Below, piece by piece: positions 52,700 through 64,000 of a stretch of DNA of 64,000 nt; position 1 is the stretch's first letter; each line of letters begins with the position of its first letter. The position numbers and the translations under genes were made by a program. The DNA lies in contig OZ199838.1 in assembly GCA_964304625.1 (NCBI GenBank), positions 2,767,702-2,831,701 of the forward strand, given 5' to 3'. This DNA comes from Kudoa neothunni (Eukaryota > Animalia > Cnidaria). The notes below the pieces were generated by a model, which saw only the letters and a program-made list of their open reading frames with translations, was not told the origin of the DNA and made no database searches.

Positions 52700-53690
52700 A
52701 CTGGTTGGTGAATGGCGCCGCATAAATAGTTACTAATCACTCGTAATCGCATTCGAATATTCAGATAATTCAAAAGTGGATTCGAGATATATGTAGGAGT
52801 GTTTCAAATCATTATTATCATTAGGTTAAGCAGTGTTTTCCGAATGAGATCAGATTGATCTTGTGCTAAAAGTGGTAAATTATCATCTTGGTTTTTTTAA
52901 TCGAGAAATTTTGCTATTATTATTTATGCATTACAGTCTATCAATTTTGTAGCATATTTAATTTTTATTTATAATTGAGTAGCTATCTATAATGCATGAA
53001 TCATGAATAAGATACCCTCTTATAATTTTTGGAAAACCAAAGCAAAATGTATCCGGGGGTATGATATTGTTAATAAGTACTTTATAATTAATCAATAAAT
53101 TTTTATTATACCAATTTATAAAAAAATTTTGGACGATAAATAAATTTACAACGAAATAATTAAAACAGAATAACTGTATAATAATTAATCTTATTGATAT
53201 AAATTAGGTTTTCATCTAATATTATTTTTATAAGGGAATTATGTTTCAAATTTTCCAGATTTTTTCACACATTTATTCTCCTGTCACCGTTTATTAGTTT
53301 GTGGTGTTCTGACCAATCAGGCCACCGCTATGATGTTTCATGCATCACAAAAGTTCATATATAATCTCTAACCTTATCTTTTCTACGTTTTATAGAGATT
53401 TATTCCATTTAACATCTACGTTTCAGAGGGTCGTCTTCTCAAACAACATCCCCTTCAGTTCTGGCGGCGTTAGCTTTGTGAAAATAATAAATTGTTTACA
53501 TTTAAAACGTCCTCTTGGATTCAAACAACGAATTTTAACCTCCTATTTGGATCAATCTATGCCTGCAGCTCTATCCAATATAATAGATGAATTACATTAT
53601 AACTACAGTTTACATCATAAAATAGGAGACACGACGTATTACCTGCAACGAGACTTGAACTTATAACCTCAAGACTCAGTCAGTATCTAA
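52700..53690 (-). pseudogene. Possible decayed FN3-repeat extracellular protein gene
   Basis: Minus-strand frames with stops read SK*EVKIRCLNPRGRFKCKQFIIFTKLTPPELKGMLFEKTTL*NVDVKWNKS and LENLKHNS, resembling FN3 strand F/G, the next domain's start and the 'LxNLxPxTxY' motif. Confidence 0.3.
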
Positions 53691-54664
53691 AACATAAACG
53701 TATTTTTTCATTGTATTTGGAATAAATTGTTCATTTTAAAAAAAAGGCATAACATATTCGAACATATCGATTTTTAAGTCTAACACTGGATAAAATGTCG
53801 ATAAAACGACAAATATTACATCAAACTTATTTTAAAAATATGATCAAATGTGAATACAATCAGATTTATCTAAGAATTAATTTACAGCGTTCCTCGTCAT
53901 AAATTTTACTTTTAATTTCAAAACTTAGAAAGAGGAATAATTGCAATAAACATAGCAATATTCTAGAATCTTTATATAATATTTCTCAAATATAATATTA
54001 AATTGATATTATAATTTTAAATCTTGAACATCAATTTAGAATAATGAATACACATAATAGGGAATTTGATCCCTGGAAGAACAAATCTTTCACTTCATAT
54101 TAGTTATATGTTCTTTTGATTATTTCAATGAATAAATTAGATAAATAGTAAGTGAGCCAAGTCATATTAAAACATTATGATAAACGATTGATTTCATATT
54201 GGTTCAACCACAATTACCTTGGAAGGATTCGGTAAATATACCTGGCATAATTATGACGTATATTGATGTGGTAAAATTTTTCCAACTATTGCTATCTTAT
54301 ATAATTTTAAAATTAGAGATGACATTATTTTCATGTAAATAATTAGTTTTTAAAACGAAAAATAATATTTCGACATTCTCAAATAATAGATAATTGAGCT
54401 CACTTACCATAGAAAATTCCCCTCCTCCCGCCTGATAACAATCTTTAATTGAGCTCATCGTTCAAATTCAAAATTAAATTTTCACCATATCAATTTATTG
54501 TTAAATTATTTTTAATTTATATGGTGAATGCAACAATTAAGCTGAGAAACATGTTTACTCCAATTATCAACTCAATAAACGCGAGAAAACATTTATGTTG
54601 TTTTTCGTTGTTTCACCAATCTTTAGGTGGTAAAACCGAGAAACTCTAACGAATTAAGTTAAAT

Positions 54665-55725
54665 ATGAACTTCGCATATGTTTCAGTATTTCTGCTACAG
54701 TTGTTCGCCCAGACATTATTAGATAGCAGCCCTAACCAAACTATAGATGACCTTGTTACCCGCTGCACGCCCTCAGGTCCAATGTCTATCTATCAAGTAA
54801 AAAACAAATTCTAATGAGGAAATATATATAAAATCCGTTCTATCAAGTTTAATATGACAACACTGGAGGGAGATTACATTCCTTTGAGCAGATTTAAAAA
54901 TATGATAGTACTTGTTGTGAACGTTGCTTCGTTTTGTGTGTAAGCTTTATCGAATAATAACAGAAAGTAAACTTAACCTTACTGATTTTATACACATGTA
55001 GATTTACTTACCAATACATACAATTAAATGAACTAATGAAACAATATGGGCCATCTAATCAAGATTACTTTTTGTTAAACGAATCAGAGATCGCAAAAAA
55101 CGAATCTGAATTTAACAACTGCCGTCTACAAATACTAGGATTTCCCAACAACCAATTTAAACGAAGGGAACCTGGCTACAATTTCGAAATCAAAAACTGT
55201 TTATACTACGTCCGTCCGGGAAACAGTTTTGTGCCGGCATTCCCACTTTCTCTCAAGATAGATGTGAACGGAGAGGATCAGATTCCTCTTTATGGTTATT
55301 TAAAAGTAGTTAAATTTCCACAGTGTTTCCATTAGTCCATGTAAATTTGATTAATAAAATTAATATGAACAGGAAAACTGCTCGACAAATTCCAACCTCG
55401 CGAACGAAAGTTGTTCCCTCTGGAGTCCTATTAGAAATAATGACATCGCTCGGAACTTTGAAAAAATTCTTGTGGATCATCGTGGCCATCCAACATACAG
55501 ATTTCAATCAATGATGGACCCACTTCAACTCACCGGCCACATTGAAAAATTAATCAAAACGTATCATGCAATCTTGCTAATTCAACAAACAATTGTATAA
55601 TCATGTTAATATATAATATTTTGATGAATAGATGTAAAGACGAACTCAATAAAAACAATCTTTTCGGTACAATCGACCTTAACAACACCAAATACGAACA
55701 TTATTTGCCATCGAAAACGCATTAG
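54665..55725 (+). CDS. Secreted GPx3/5/6-like glutathione peroxidase homologue (Cys-type) with substituted catalytic residues, 5 exons
   Basis: Signal peptide; VLVVNVASFCVFTYQYIQLNEL; ILGFPNNQFKRREPG; oligomerisation loop LYYVRPGNSFVPAFPL; KIDVNG; WSPIRNNDIARNFEKILVD. Confidence 0.88.
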
Positions 55726-55772
55726 GAAATAAAAATATTTTAATAATTTTCATAGTGACTATATAATTTTTG

Positions 55773-56753
55773 TTATGGAGATTTTTTAATATCCACACCA
55801 TCGGGAGGTTTGGCTTCAACCTTGCCATCTTTAACCCTGGTCCCAGTTGGTGGTTAGAACAGTGCCACATGATTCTTGAAAACTTTTCATCATAGCACGT
55901 TTGGTGTTATCAGAACTGTTAGAGTAGAGTTTTTGAAAGAAACTGTTAAGCGCTGCATCACCAGTTAACTCTTTTTTCTTCTTCATCTTCAAAATCTTTG
56001 ATCAATTTATCCCAATCAACTATCTTAGTGTATTTATTTTGGGTGGTTGTTTGAGTTTGAGGTGTGATTGATTCGGCAGGCGAGTCTGTTTGGTCGTCTG
56101 TTTTGTTTTCAGAATCAGTGGGTGTAGCATCTTCTGTTGGTTCAGAAATTGTGCTTGTCTCGGTGATTTCTTTTAATGCCGAATCGTTCGATGCTACAAT
56201 AGAGTTTATTTTCTCAGTCTTTTCATCTTATATTTAAACTTTAAATTAAATCCAACACATAACACTTTACCCAAAGATTTTATTTCTCTTAGAACTTTGT
56301 TGGAATTTGAAAATTGTTCAGTTTTGTGATAGGCTAATCTAAAATCCAATCGCAAATTCGATATAAAAAGCAGTAATACAAGTATAAAAATCACCCCATT
56401 TGATATTTAGCCCAATCAATACTATATTTAAGTTGAATCATTGTTTTGGCATATTTTTATCACCTCTAAATTAGTTAGATTGGCCAAGAAAATGAGCACA
56501 CACTACCAACCTGTCCAATAATTACACTTTTTGCTACATTTAACCATCTTCCTTAAGTAGGTCTCATTTTTTGGTCCCACCATTAGCAGTGTATGAAGTT
56601 TCTAAGCCATACCGTTAAAATATGCGATAGAATCACCAACTAACATCATATGCTTCATCCCATTTACTCTGCTTTAACAACAGCTCAACCTCACTAAGCT
56701 CATTTGTTTTATAATTTAAAAACAGTTCAATACTTGAACATTTCCTCCTCCAT
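55773..56753 (-). CDS. SUGT1: SGT1 co-chaperone homologue (TPR-linker-SGS); three apparent +1 frameshifts
   Basis: TPR-like N-terminus (KWDEAYDKL...[15 protein letters not shown]). SGS domain VDWDKLIKD...[40 protein letters not shown]...KVEAKPPDG, readable after removing one base at 56454-58, 55972-77 and 55835-37. Confidence 0.85.
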
Positions 56754-57695
56754 AACCAACTTTATTATACGTTTAAGTTCGCATCTATTCGTCAATGTTC
56801 GTTTACTAATAAGTTAAATTTACTTTTACTTTCCAGGGTAATAATTGTTCGAAAAACATAATTTAACGTAAAAATTTACAATATATTTAATTGGACGATT
56901 TTTTAACTTTAAAAACTACGAATAAAAATATTTATCTTATTAATTTTTTTTTCCTCTGACATTAAATTTTATTAGTTAAGTCAATTTAGTGTATACTAAT
57001 AAATCAAATTTAACTAAAAGTTAAAATGAGGTATTTCATATTTTAAGGAAAAAAAATAAAATAATAATTTTACTTTTATTTAATGAAATTTAATTTAACG
57101 AAATTTAATTTAACGAAATTTATTGAAATTTAATGCAGCTTTTGTTAACTAGATGGTCGCGTGAGTGATTTCAATAAAATCTGAATCCAATTTTATCATC
57201 AAACATTCATTATAATTAAGTATTTTTTAACATTAGTGTAATTACTAAAATTTCCTACAAATATTTTTTTATGTTACCGACTAGGCAGTTAGAATGATTA
57301 CTCCTTTGCTTTAACTCGTTATATAACACGCACAATAATTGATAATAATATAGATTTTATGTAGAAAAGATATTTTGATTGTTATAAGAGCATTTTTCCT
57401 CGGTTTTACTTTTAAACATTCACACATGTATATATAATAATTGAACAAGTTTCAATGAATATTTTATTTTAAAATGTTATGCATCATTGTCTATACTTTG
57501 TTAAAATTTTAATAATTTCTAAAGAAACTACTGGAAGGATTTCATATTTGTTAATTTTATGTTTTAATACCAAAAATAACTCATGTCTTAGTGATTAAAA
57601 TTTTTTATTAAATACTTTAGAATAAACCCATTATATAATTAATTAACATAATAAATATTTTAATAAAAAGGGAGATATTAGATAAATAAAATTAA

Positions 57696-57850
57696 CCTTT
57701 TCATCCCCAAATTTTTCTTTTGTATCGAGAATTTTTTTGAATTAAACCAATACTAAAATTATGTACAATTTGAATTTTAGTTTTATTACAATAAATAATT
57801 TTAAATCTTTTTTAATCTTTCCACTAAAATGAACAATGGGAACGAAAGGG
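57696..57850. mobile_element. piggyBac-type MITE (~155 bp)
   Basis: TTAA|CCTTTTCATCCCCA ... TGGGAACGAAAGGG|TTAA. A similar terminus occurs at ~27905. Confidence 0.6.
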
Positions 57851-58113
57851 TTAAAATATTTATATGCGTATTTGGATTATGCATTAAAACAAAATGGGGT
57901 CCGTAAGAAGGAAAGCCTAATAAACACTAGATTATATAATAAGTATTTTGTGGAGCAATTTTCATGACGACCTACTTTCCTTATTCTTGCGCATGCGTAA
58001 TTTGCCTGCCACCACCGACAAAAATCCTCAAATTTTTTGTCTCACATAACATTAATCAAATTGAAAGTTTTTATTTAAAATAAAAGACAGTGTCTCATCT
58101 CGAATTGAAAAAG

Positions 58114-59876
58114 GGGAATGATAAAGAAGACGACCACTTGATTTTAACCTCTAAATTTCATTTATTTTCGCCGATTCTTTCACGATTATTTATAATAAAA
58201 TGAATGAATACCAAGAGAAAGAATTCAGATAATTATGAAATCATTTAATTTTGTTACAAAATCCCGAATACAACACCAACGGTACATGTGAAATCCTCGT
58301 TAAATTTCCTATAACCAATGAAGATCCACATTATTTTTTATATACTAACTTCTAAAATGATTATGCGCCTTAATATCAGTTTTAATAATGCTTCGTTGCA
58401 ATTAAATAACAAAGTATAAAATATTTAAGCTAGTAGTTTATCAAATTTCCCGCGCGTTTGAGAAAATGAGTTCTTCGAATTTCTTTGAAGATGGAGATTT
58501 TTTTATGGATTTATAACCCCCTTTAAATTGTTTAATATACTTGTAGAAAACGAATATCTATTTCCTTTACTTTTAGGTGTAACAACTGCTACAATTTCAA
58601 ATGTTTTCCCTCACCAATAGGAATCTAAACCTTCAAAGGTCGATGTGTAAAATAAAATCGTATGAAAGGAATGATGCGGATTATTCGTTTAATTATTTTT
58701 GTCTAAATCAATTACTTTATGCCTAAATACTAGTTTCACAATTCAAAGTTGTAAAACTAAGGTATCTCCTCGAAGTAGAAATTTTTTTTGGGTCTGAATT
58801 TATTTGGTCACTTCCCAAACATAACGGTAGAGAAATTATACAAGATTATATACAACTGGAGCATGGATGAAACAATTTTATCTGCCTCCGAAAATATTGA
58901 TGTAACCACAAAACTAGCGGGCTACGCTTTAAAAAATTAGGAATATTCGTGATTCTAATTTTCATATACGTAAAACTTTAGATGGTAAAGAGAATTTCAT
59001 TGAAATCGACAAAATAATCCTTCACGGAAGGTGGAAAAATTATCGGCCTAATTATTTATCATTTTACCAAATTATATGTCGTAGTAACTACTTCGTTTAA
59101 GTAATTTTTATAACAATTTATTATGAATAAAGAATTAATGTTAAGTTATAATAAAATGTGAAAGTAATTGTTAAATGATAAAATAATAAGAAAAGATTGG
59201 ACATTCAAATTAAAGACCGTATGTATCAACATTACACAATTTAATTACGATTATTTTTCTATTTTGTATAAATATTTTTAATAAAAAATGATTCTTTAAA
59301 AATTAATTATTTGATATAACATTTTTTTAGAATTATTAAATGTAATGAAGTTGGAAGATTGCTTACATTGTCATTAAAAAAATTTCATGGTAAAATTGTG
59401 ATGATATAATGATTATAACTTTTTTTATAATTGAGATAAATCAACTCAAAAAAAAAATATAAACTAAAGTGAGTAATTATTGATCTTACTATCATTTAGA
59501 AAAGTTCAAAGTCGATATACAAAAAAATAGAGAAGATAATTTAAAGTAAGAGGTGTAAGGCTTAATTAAACGAGTGAGTCGAATAATTTTGATGAGATCC
59601 ATTAATAAAAATATTACTAAGGCGCAAAATAAAATTAGATGTTAGTATATAAAAAATAATGTGGATTTTCATTGGTTATAGGAAATTTAACGAGGATTTC
59701 ACATGTACCGTTGGTGTTGTATTCGGGATTTTGTAACAAAATTAAATGATTTCATAATTATCTGAATTCTTTCTCTTAGTATTCATTCATTTTATTATAA
59801 ATAATCGTGAAAGAATCGGCGAAAATAAATGAAATTTAGAGGTTAAAATCAAGTAGTCGTCTCCTTTACCATTACC
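58114..59876 (+). mobile_element. Merlin-like element with ~270-bp terminal inverted repeats and decayed interior
   Basis: Arms 58114-~58390 and ~59600-59876 are reverse complements starting GG(G/T)AATG. Interior remnant LDGKENFIEIDKIILHGRWKNYR (~58975-59050) resembles ISXO2 IGG..VEIDE....KRKYNRGR. Confidence 0.75.
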
Positions 59877-60650
59877 GAAAACTAATCGAAGATTATAAAT
59901 ATATAGCGCTCAAATGGAAGTGAAAGTAAAGAAAGGCGATCAAATATTCATTTTCACCTATAGAATAATAAACTCGAGAGGATTTCTTAAAATCGGTTAT
60001 CTTAAACAAGCAAATTTCCTAATCTGTTTAATAAGCTAGGATTAAAATTTCCCAATATATATTGAATTGCAAAGAAGCCGAATAGATTCATTTATAAATA
60101 AAATCGGCGGAAATCCAAATCTATGAATACTATTTATGCTTATCGAAATCGAATCAAGTTGGTGGTGTGACACAATGTAGTCAAGAAAAGACCGTCGTAA
60201 TATCTAGCGCGCGCAACCAACTTCCCATTATAACATTAGAATTGTTTTTGCTTATAATATCAGCCAAACAACCCGAGCATTATACCAAAACACATTCATT
60301 TGATGTCTAGTGACATAACAGTGTTTGGTTTGAGTTACGATTAGCTTTCTTTAATAAGATATCGGAAAAGGTTGACTAAGCTTGGCTTAATAAATCCTTA
60401 CAATCTAAAAAGTAGTGCGTTTAATTGGTGGAAATAAAAAAAATAATTTAAAAAAAAGTTTCAAATCCACTCAATTTCAGCAGCATTCTCAACTGATAGA
60501 TTTGGCGGTTGGGCGTTGCGAATTGTGTACGTGTGTATTGTGTCGGCTTGAACCCGTTGTCACAAAAACTCGCGTCGTATCTCCCTATCTAAAATCAAAC
60601 ATATAGCCTTTCGACATTGCTTCTGTAGGGACTATTCTGCTGGGTATTAG

Positions 60651-62771
60651 ATGGAATCTTCGTCGGATGAGAAAATACCAACTCCATTAGTGGTTGAAGA
60701 TTCGTACGAGAATTTTAGGAGTTATGCCGACCCAATATTGAAGATGGTCGAAAAAGAATTATACAAACTGTACGAGACCAACCTCAAATGTGAGAATGAT
60801 TGCGTGTGAATTTTGTGGATTGAGATGTGGTGTAGTGAAAGCCAAAAACAAACAACTCAAAAAGAAACTCAACAAACTACAGAAGAGACCTTCAATCGAC
60901 TTGGATGCACTTCGTACATCGATTTTTAAACGTCGTTCACTATCCAGTGCACCAAAAAATCTCGCTGTGGGAACATACGAGATTCAAAATGCTCAACATG
61001 ATAGCTCGGGTGACCAAATGATGGTTGGTGAAAGTGCCGAGCTGAAATGTACTCGTTCACTTAAAACCGTACGTAAACATCGAAGTATTGCTACTCGTCT
61101 TGGGGTAAGTTGAACTTTTCGATTATGTCGCCATAATTTTTGGTAAATTCGATTTTGTTTGTTACCTTAGTTGGACAACAAATCTCAACAAATCGAAGTT
61201 ACAATGTTCTCTTCGATGAAGGCTCACAATGACATCATTTGGAATGTTACCACCGATCTATTTCAGAATAACACCTACCTTTTGTTCACTTGTTCTGCAG
61301 GCAAGATATTGATGTTGTGTTTTAGGTGATAGCCGATCACCACATTTAGATTCAACATGCAAAATTTTAACCATAGACAAGAGCGAATGTATCGAGCCTG
61401 TTGTCACCTACACAGGGCACAATAGCTCAGGTGTTTTGTTGTCGATATCACCAAATATTGAAGAAATTTCTGTCGTATTTTAGTGAACAGCATGAGTTTC
61501 AATTCGAAATCGCCCGGACTGATGTGTACCGGTAGTGGAGATGGTTCAGTTCACCTTTGGTCCTATCGGTCACTGTATGATACAATGGTGGGTGACGAAG
61601 ATAATGTATGTTTATTTGAATGTGCTGATTTGTTTTAACTGATGCATACATATAGACTACCATCACATCTGGCCATATCAACGACATTAATTCAGAAGCA
61701 AGTGGTATAATCTATACTTAACTAAGAATTGATTGATTGTTTCAATGCCGTTCGAACATTCAATATAGGGATCAAACAAATTCCCACACCATTAATCAAT
61801 ATCAAAGCTCATGAACTTCCTGTTTCTACGGTGGAGTGGCACAGAAATGGTGTGAATTTTTTATCCGCTTCATGGGACGAGAAAATAAAAATTTGGGACT
61901 CCGATAAACAGGTTTGCGTGAAAACTCTTGATGGTAATAATATTTGGTTTGTTTGAAACTGTTTCTTGGGTGATATTCTCAATTGATTTCTTAATTTGAT
62001 ATTTTTAAGGTCACAACAGTGAAATAACCACCGCACATTATGGAACTGCTGAAAATATCGTTGTTAGTGGATCTGCAGACCAAACTATTCGTGTTTGGGA
62101 CGTTAGAGAACCGAAAACTTCGGTTGAAATTTGTCATGCTCATAGCAAGTATTTCACAATTGTTAATATCGATTATTCACTCACTAAAAATACTATCATT
62201 CAGTGTTGTCACTTCGGTTATCTCCATGCATTACAATGAGAACCTCATAGTTTCCTCGGGAAAGGATAAAATTGTGAGGGTATCCATCAAACAGATCTCA
62301 CATCATCTATATTGTTGTTTAGATTTGGGACCGTAGGAATCTCACCCAATATGTGCATTCAAGCAAATTCGGATCTCCTATCAATAAGTGGGATTTTTTT
62401 ACATTCTATTTTGTAACACTACTCAATTTAGAATATCTCTCTCATCAAAAGACTCCATGATATGCATCCCCGAGGATAATGGACACATCTGGCTTTGTAA
62501 CGCCAAACTTGATCGACTGTGTCAGTTAGGTAGCACCATTTCTAAGGTGGGATGACGTAAATTTTTACCTTGGATTTGACTGTGGCTTTGTGTCTAGAAA
62601 CGGCACAAAACAAGTGCACTCTGCAGCGACTGGATGGATCACTCGAGTTCGATCAATTGCTGTGACGATGAAAACACTTCCCGCTGTGTGACCAAGCTTA
62701 TATCAGCCGACAACACCGGGAATTTGTATTGCTGGAAGGTTAATCTGATCGATAAATCTCATAACGATTAA
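60651..62771 (+). CDS. WDR37: WD repeat-containing protein 37, multi-exon
   Basis: Coiled coil MVEKELYKLYETNLKLKAKNKQL (cf. IEREFENLYIENLELR), then WD40 repeats AHNDIIWNV...TCSADST, YTGHNSSVNSMSF...TGSGDGSVHLW, SASWDEKIKIWD and GHNSEIT...SGSADQTIRVWDVR. Confidence 0.85.
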
Positions 62772-64000
62772 ATTCACGTTATATAATTTACGTGTTGTAT
62801 ACACAACAAGAAATGGCTGATTGTTTATTAGTTTGATAGCTACCAACATATTTCTTGATAATTTTTTTATTTTATTGTCTTTCTTACAATAAGCCAATGC
62901 ATATACCTTTGTGAATTTAACTGATTGACGTAATAATAGAGGCGATAGTGTTCTCTTTTAGAAACGACTTTTTTCGAGCCCAATAAAAGTGGTTAAATTA
63001 GTTTCAGTAATAAATTATTTATTATTGATATTAATTGTTATTATGTACCTAAAAACCCAATAACCATATCATTGAATCACCCAAATAAGCAACTCGATTA
63101 ATTATAAGTTTATTTAGTAGATATTAAACAATTTTTAAAGATAATAATCAGTGTATTTCTAGATAACCACCTTTATATTATATCATTAAAACATGCTGCA
63201 TGTATAAAAAATGTGATCATTGAAATTAATGTTATATAAATTTACAAAATCGATACATTGCTTGATTTATTAGTAATAAATGAGAAAATATATTAATTGT
63301 TATCTCTTTCAGATTATTACACACGAGGATATTGATTGAATAGGATTGTGGCAGCATGTTTCCTACATATAAAGATGCATTAACTAATATTTTTATTTTA
63401 CGCAGAAATATAAAAGTTTACAAATTTTTTAATTTTATTTATTAATTATTTTATTAATGATCGAAATACCTCCATTTAAAATAATTATCTGATTAATTAA
63501 CATTTTCGTACATGATTAAATTTCCTTCTCGCAGTTCCAATTTTTTTTAAATAATCAAAATAACGTAAATATTATTTTTATGAATATTTGGAATCAACAA
63601 TTTTTTTTTGCAAAAATTTGTCCATCCAAATGAATATTGATTGTCTCGCACCTTCTCAATTTAGTAGCCTATAATCACTATCGTATAATGGTTATAAGAA
63701 GTATGTGACACCAACAACGTCAAATATACATTTAAAAAAGAATAAATTTTTTTCATGGTTGTAACATCCAGTTTATAAAAATATACAAAGTAATTAGTCA
63801 ACAAGTAATTTTTAATAAATATTAAATTATAATGTTTATAATTTTATTTTTAAGGGAGAAATTGGTCTCTCGTAAAATATAATTTAACGGTATCAAAATT
63901 TATTTATTTATTTATTACAATTATATTTCATGCTAAAATAATTCGCTGAAAAACATTTAATGAGATTAATCGTTGTTTGGATTAAATCTTGAAATGAAAT

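Noticed and set aside
54930-55005. Selenocysteine codon formed across the GPx intron (TG|A)
   Set aside because: It would need a non-GT donor and would delete a residue from the motif. The canonical GTAAGC donor gives C-V-F-T, which aligns with U-G-L-T. No SECIS was recognised.
1-64000. Prokaryotic systems (CRISPR arrays, operons), tRNA/rRNA genes or an alternative genetic code
   Set aside because: No spaced direct-repeat array or recognisable structural RNA was seen. Conserved genes translate with the standard code once introns are removed, and TAA, TAG and TGA all serve as terminators.

Overview
This is strongly AT-rich eukaryotic (metazoan-type) genomic DNA with many tiny spliceosomal introns (mostly about 38-70 nt), so the ORF track shows only exon fragments. 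Proteins are highly divergent, consistent with a fast-evolving compact animal genome such as a myxozoan or similar parasite (inference only). Spliced by hand, the window holds: a 74-aa membrane microprotein (possibly NDUFC2-like) head-to-head with prefoldin 6; NDUFA7; two tandem paralogous ~600-aa secreted or possibly GPI-anchored proteins built from Cys-decorated FN3-like modules; an orphan multi-exon gene candidate; ITPK1; DDX18/HAS1; RALGAPA; makorin; a secreted Cys-GPx with degenerate catalytic residues; an SGT1 lacking its CS domain; and WDR37. Intergenic DNA is full of decayed DNA transposons (hAT, pogo, piggyBac, Merlin/ISXO2, Helitron) plus one well-preserved solo LTR. The best novelty candidates are the FN3-like surface-protein pair, the GPx pseudoenzyme and the CS-less SGT1. 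Recurrent +1 homopolymer frameshifts in conserved genes are probably assembly errors but should be checked.
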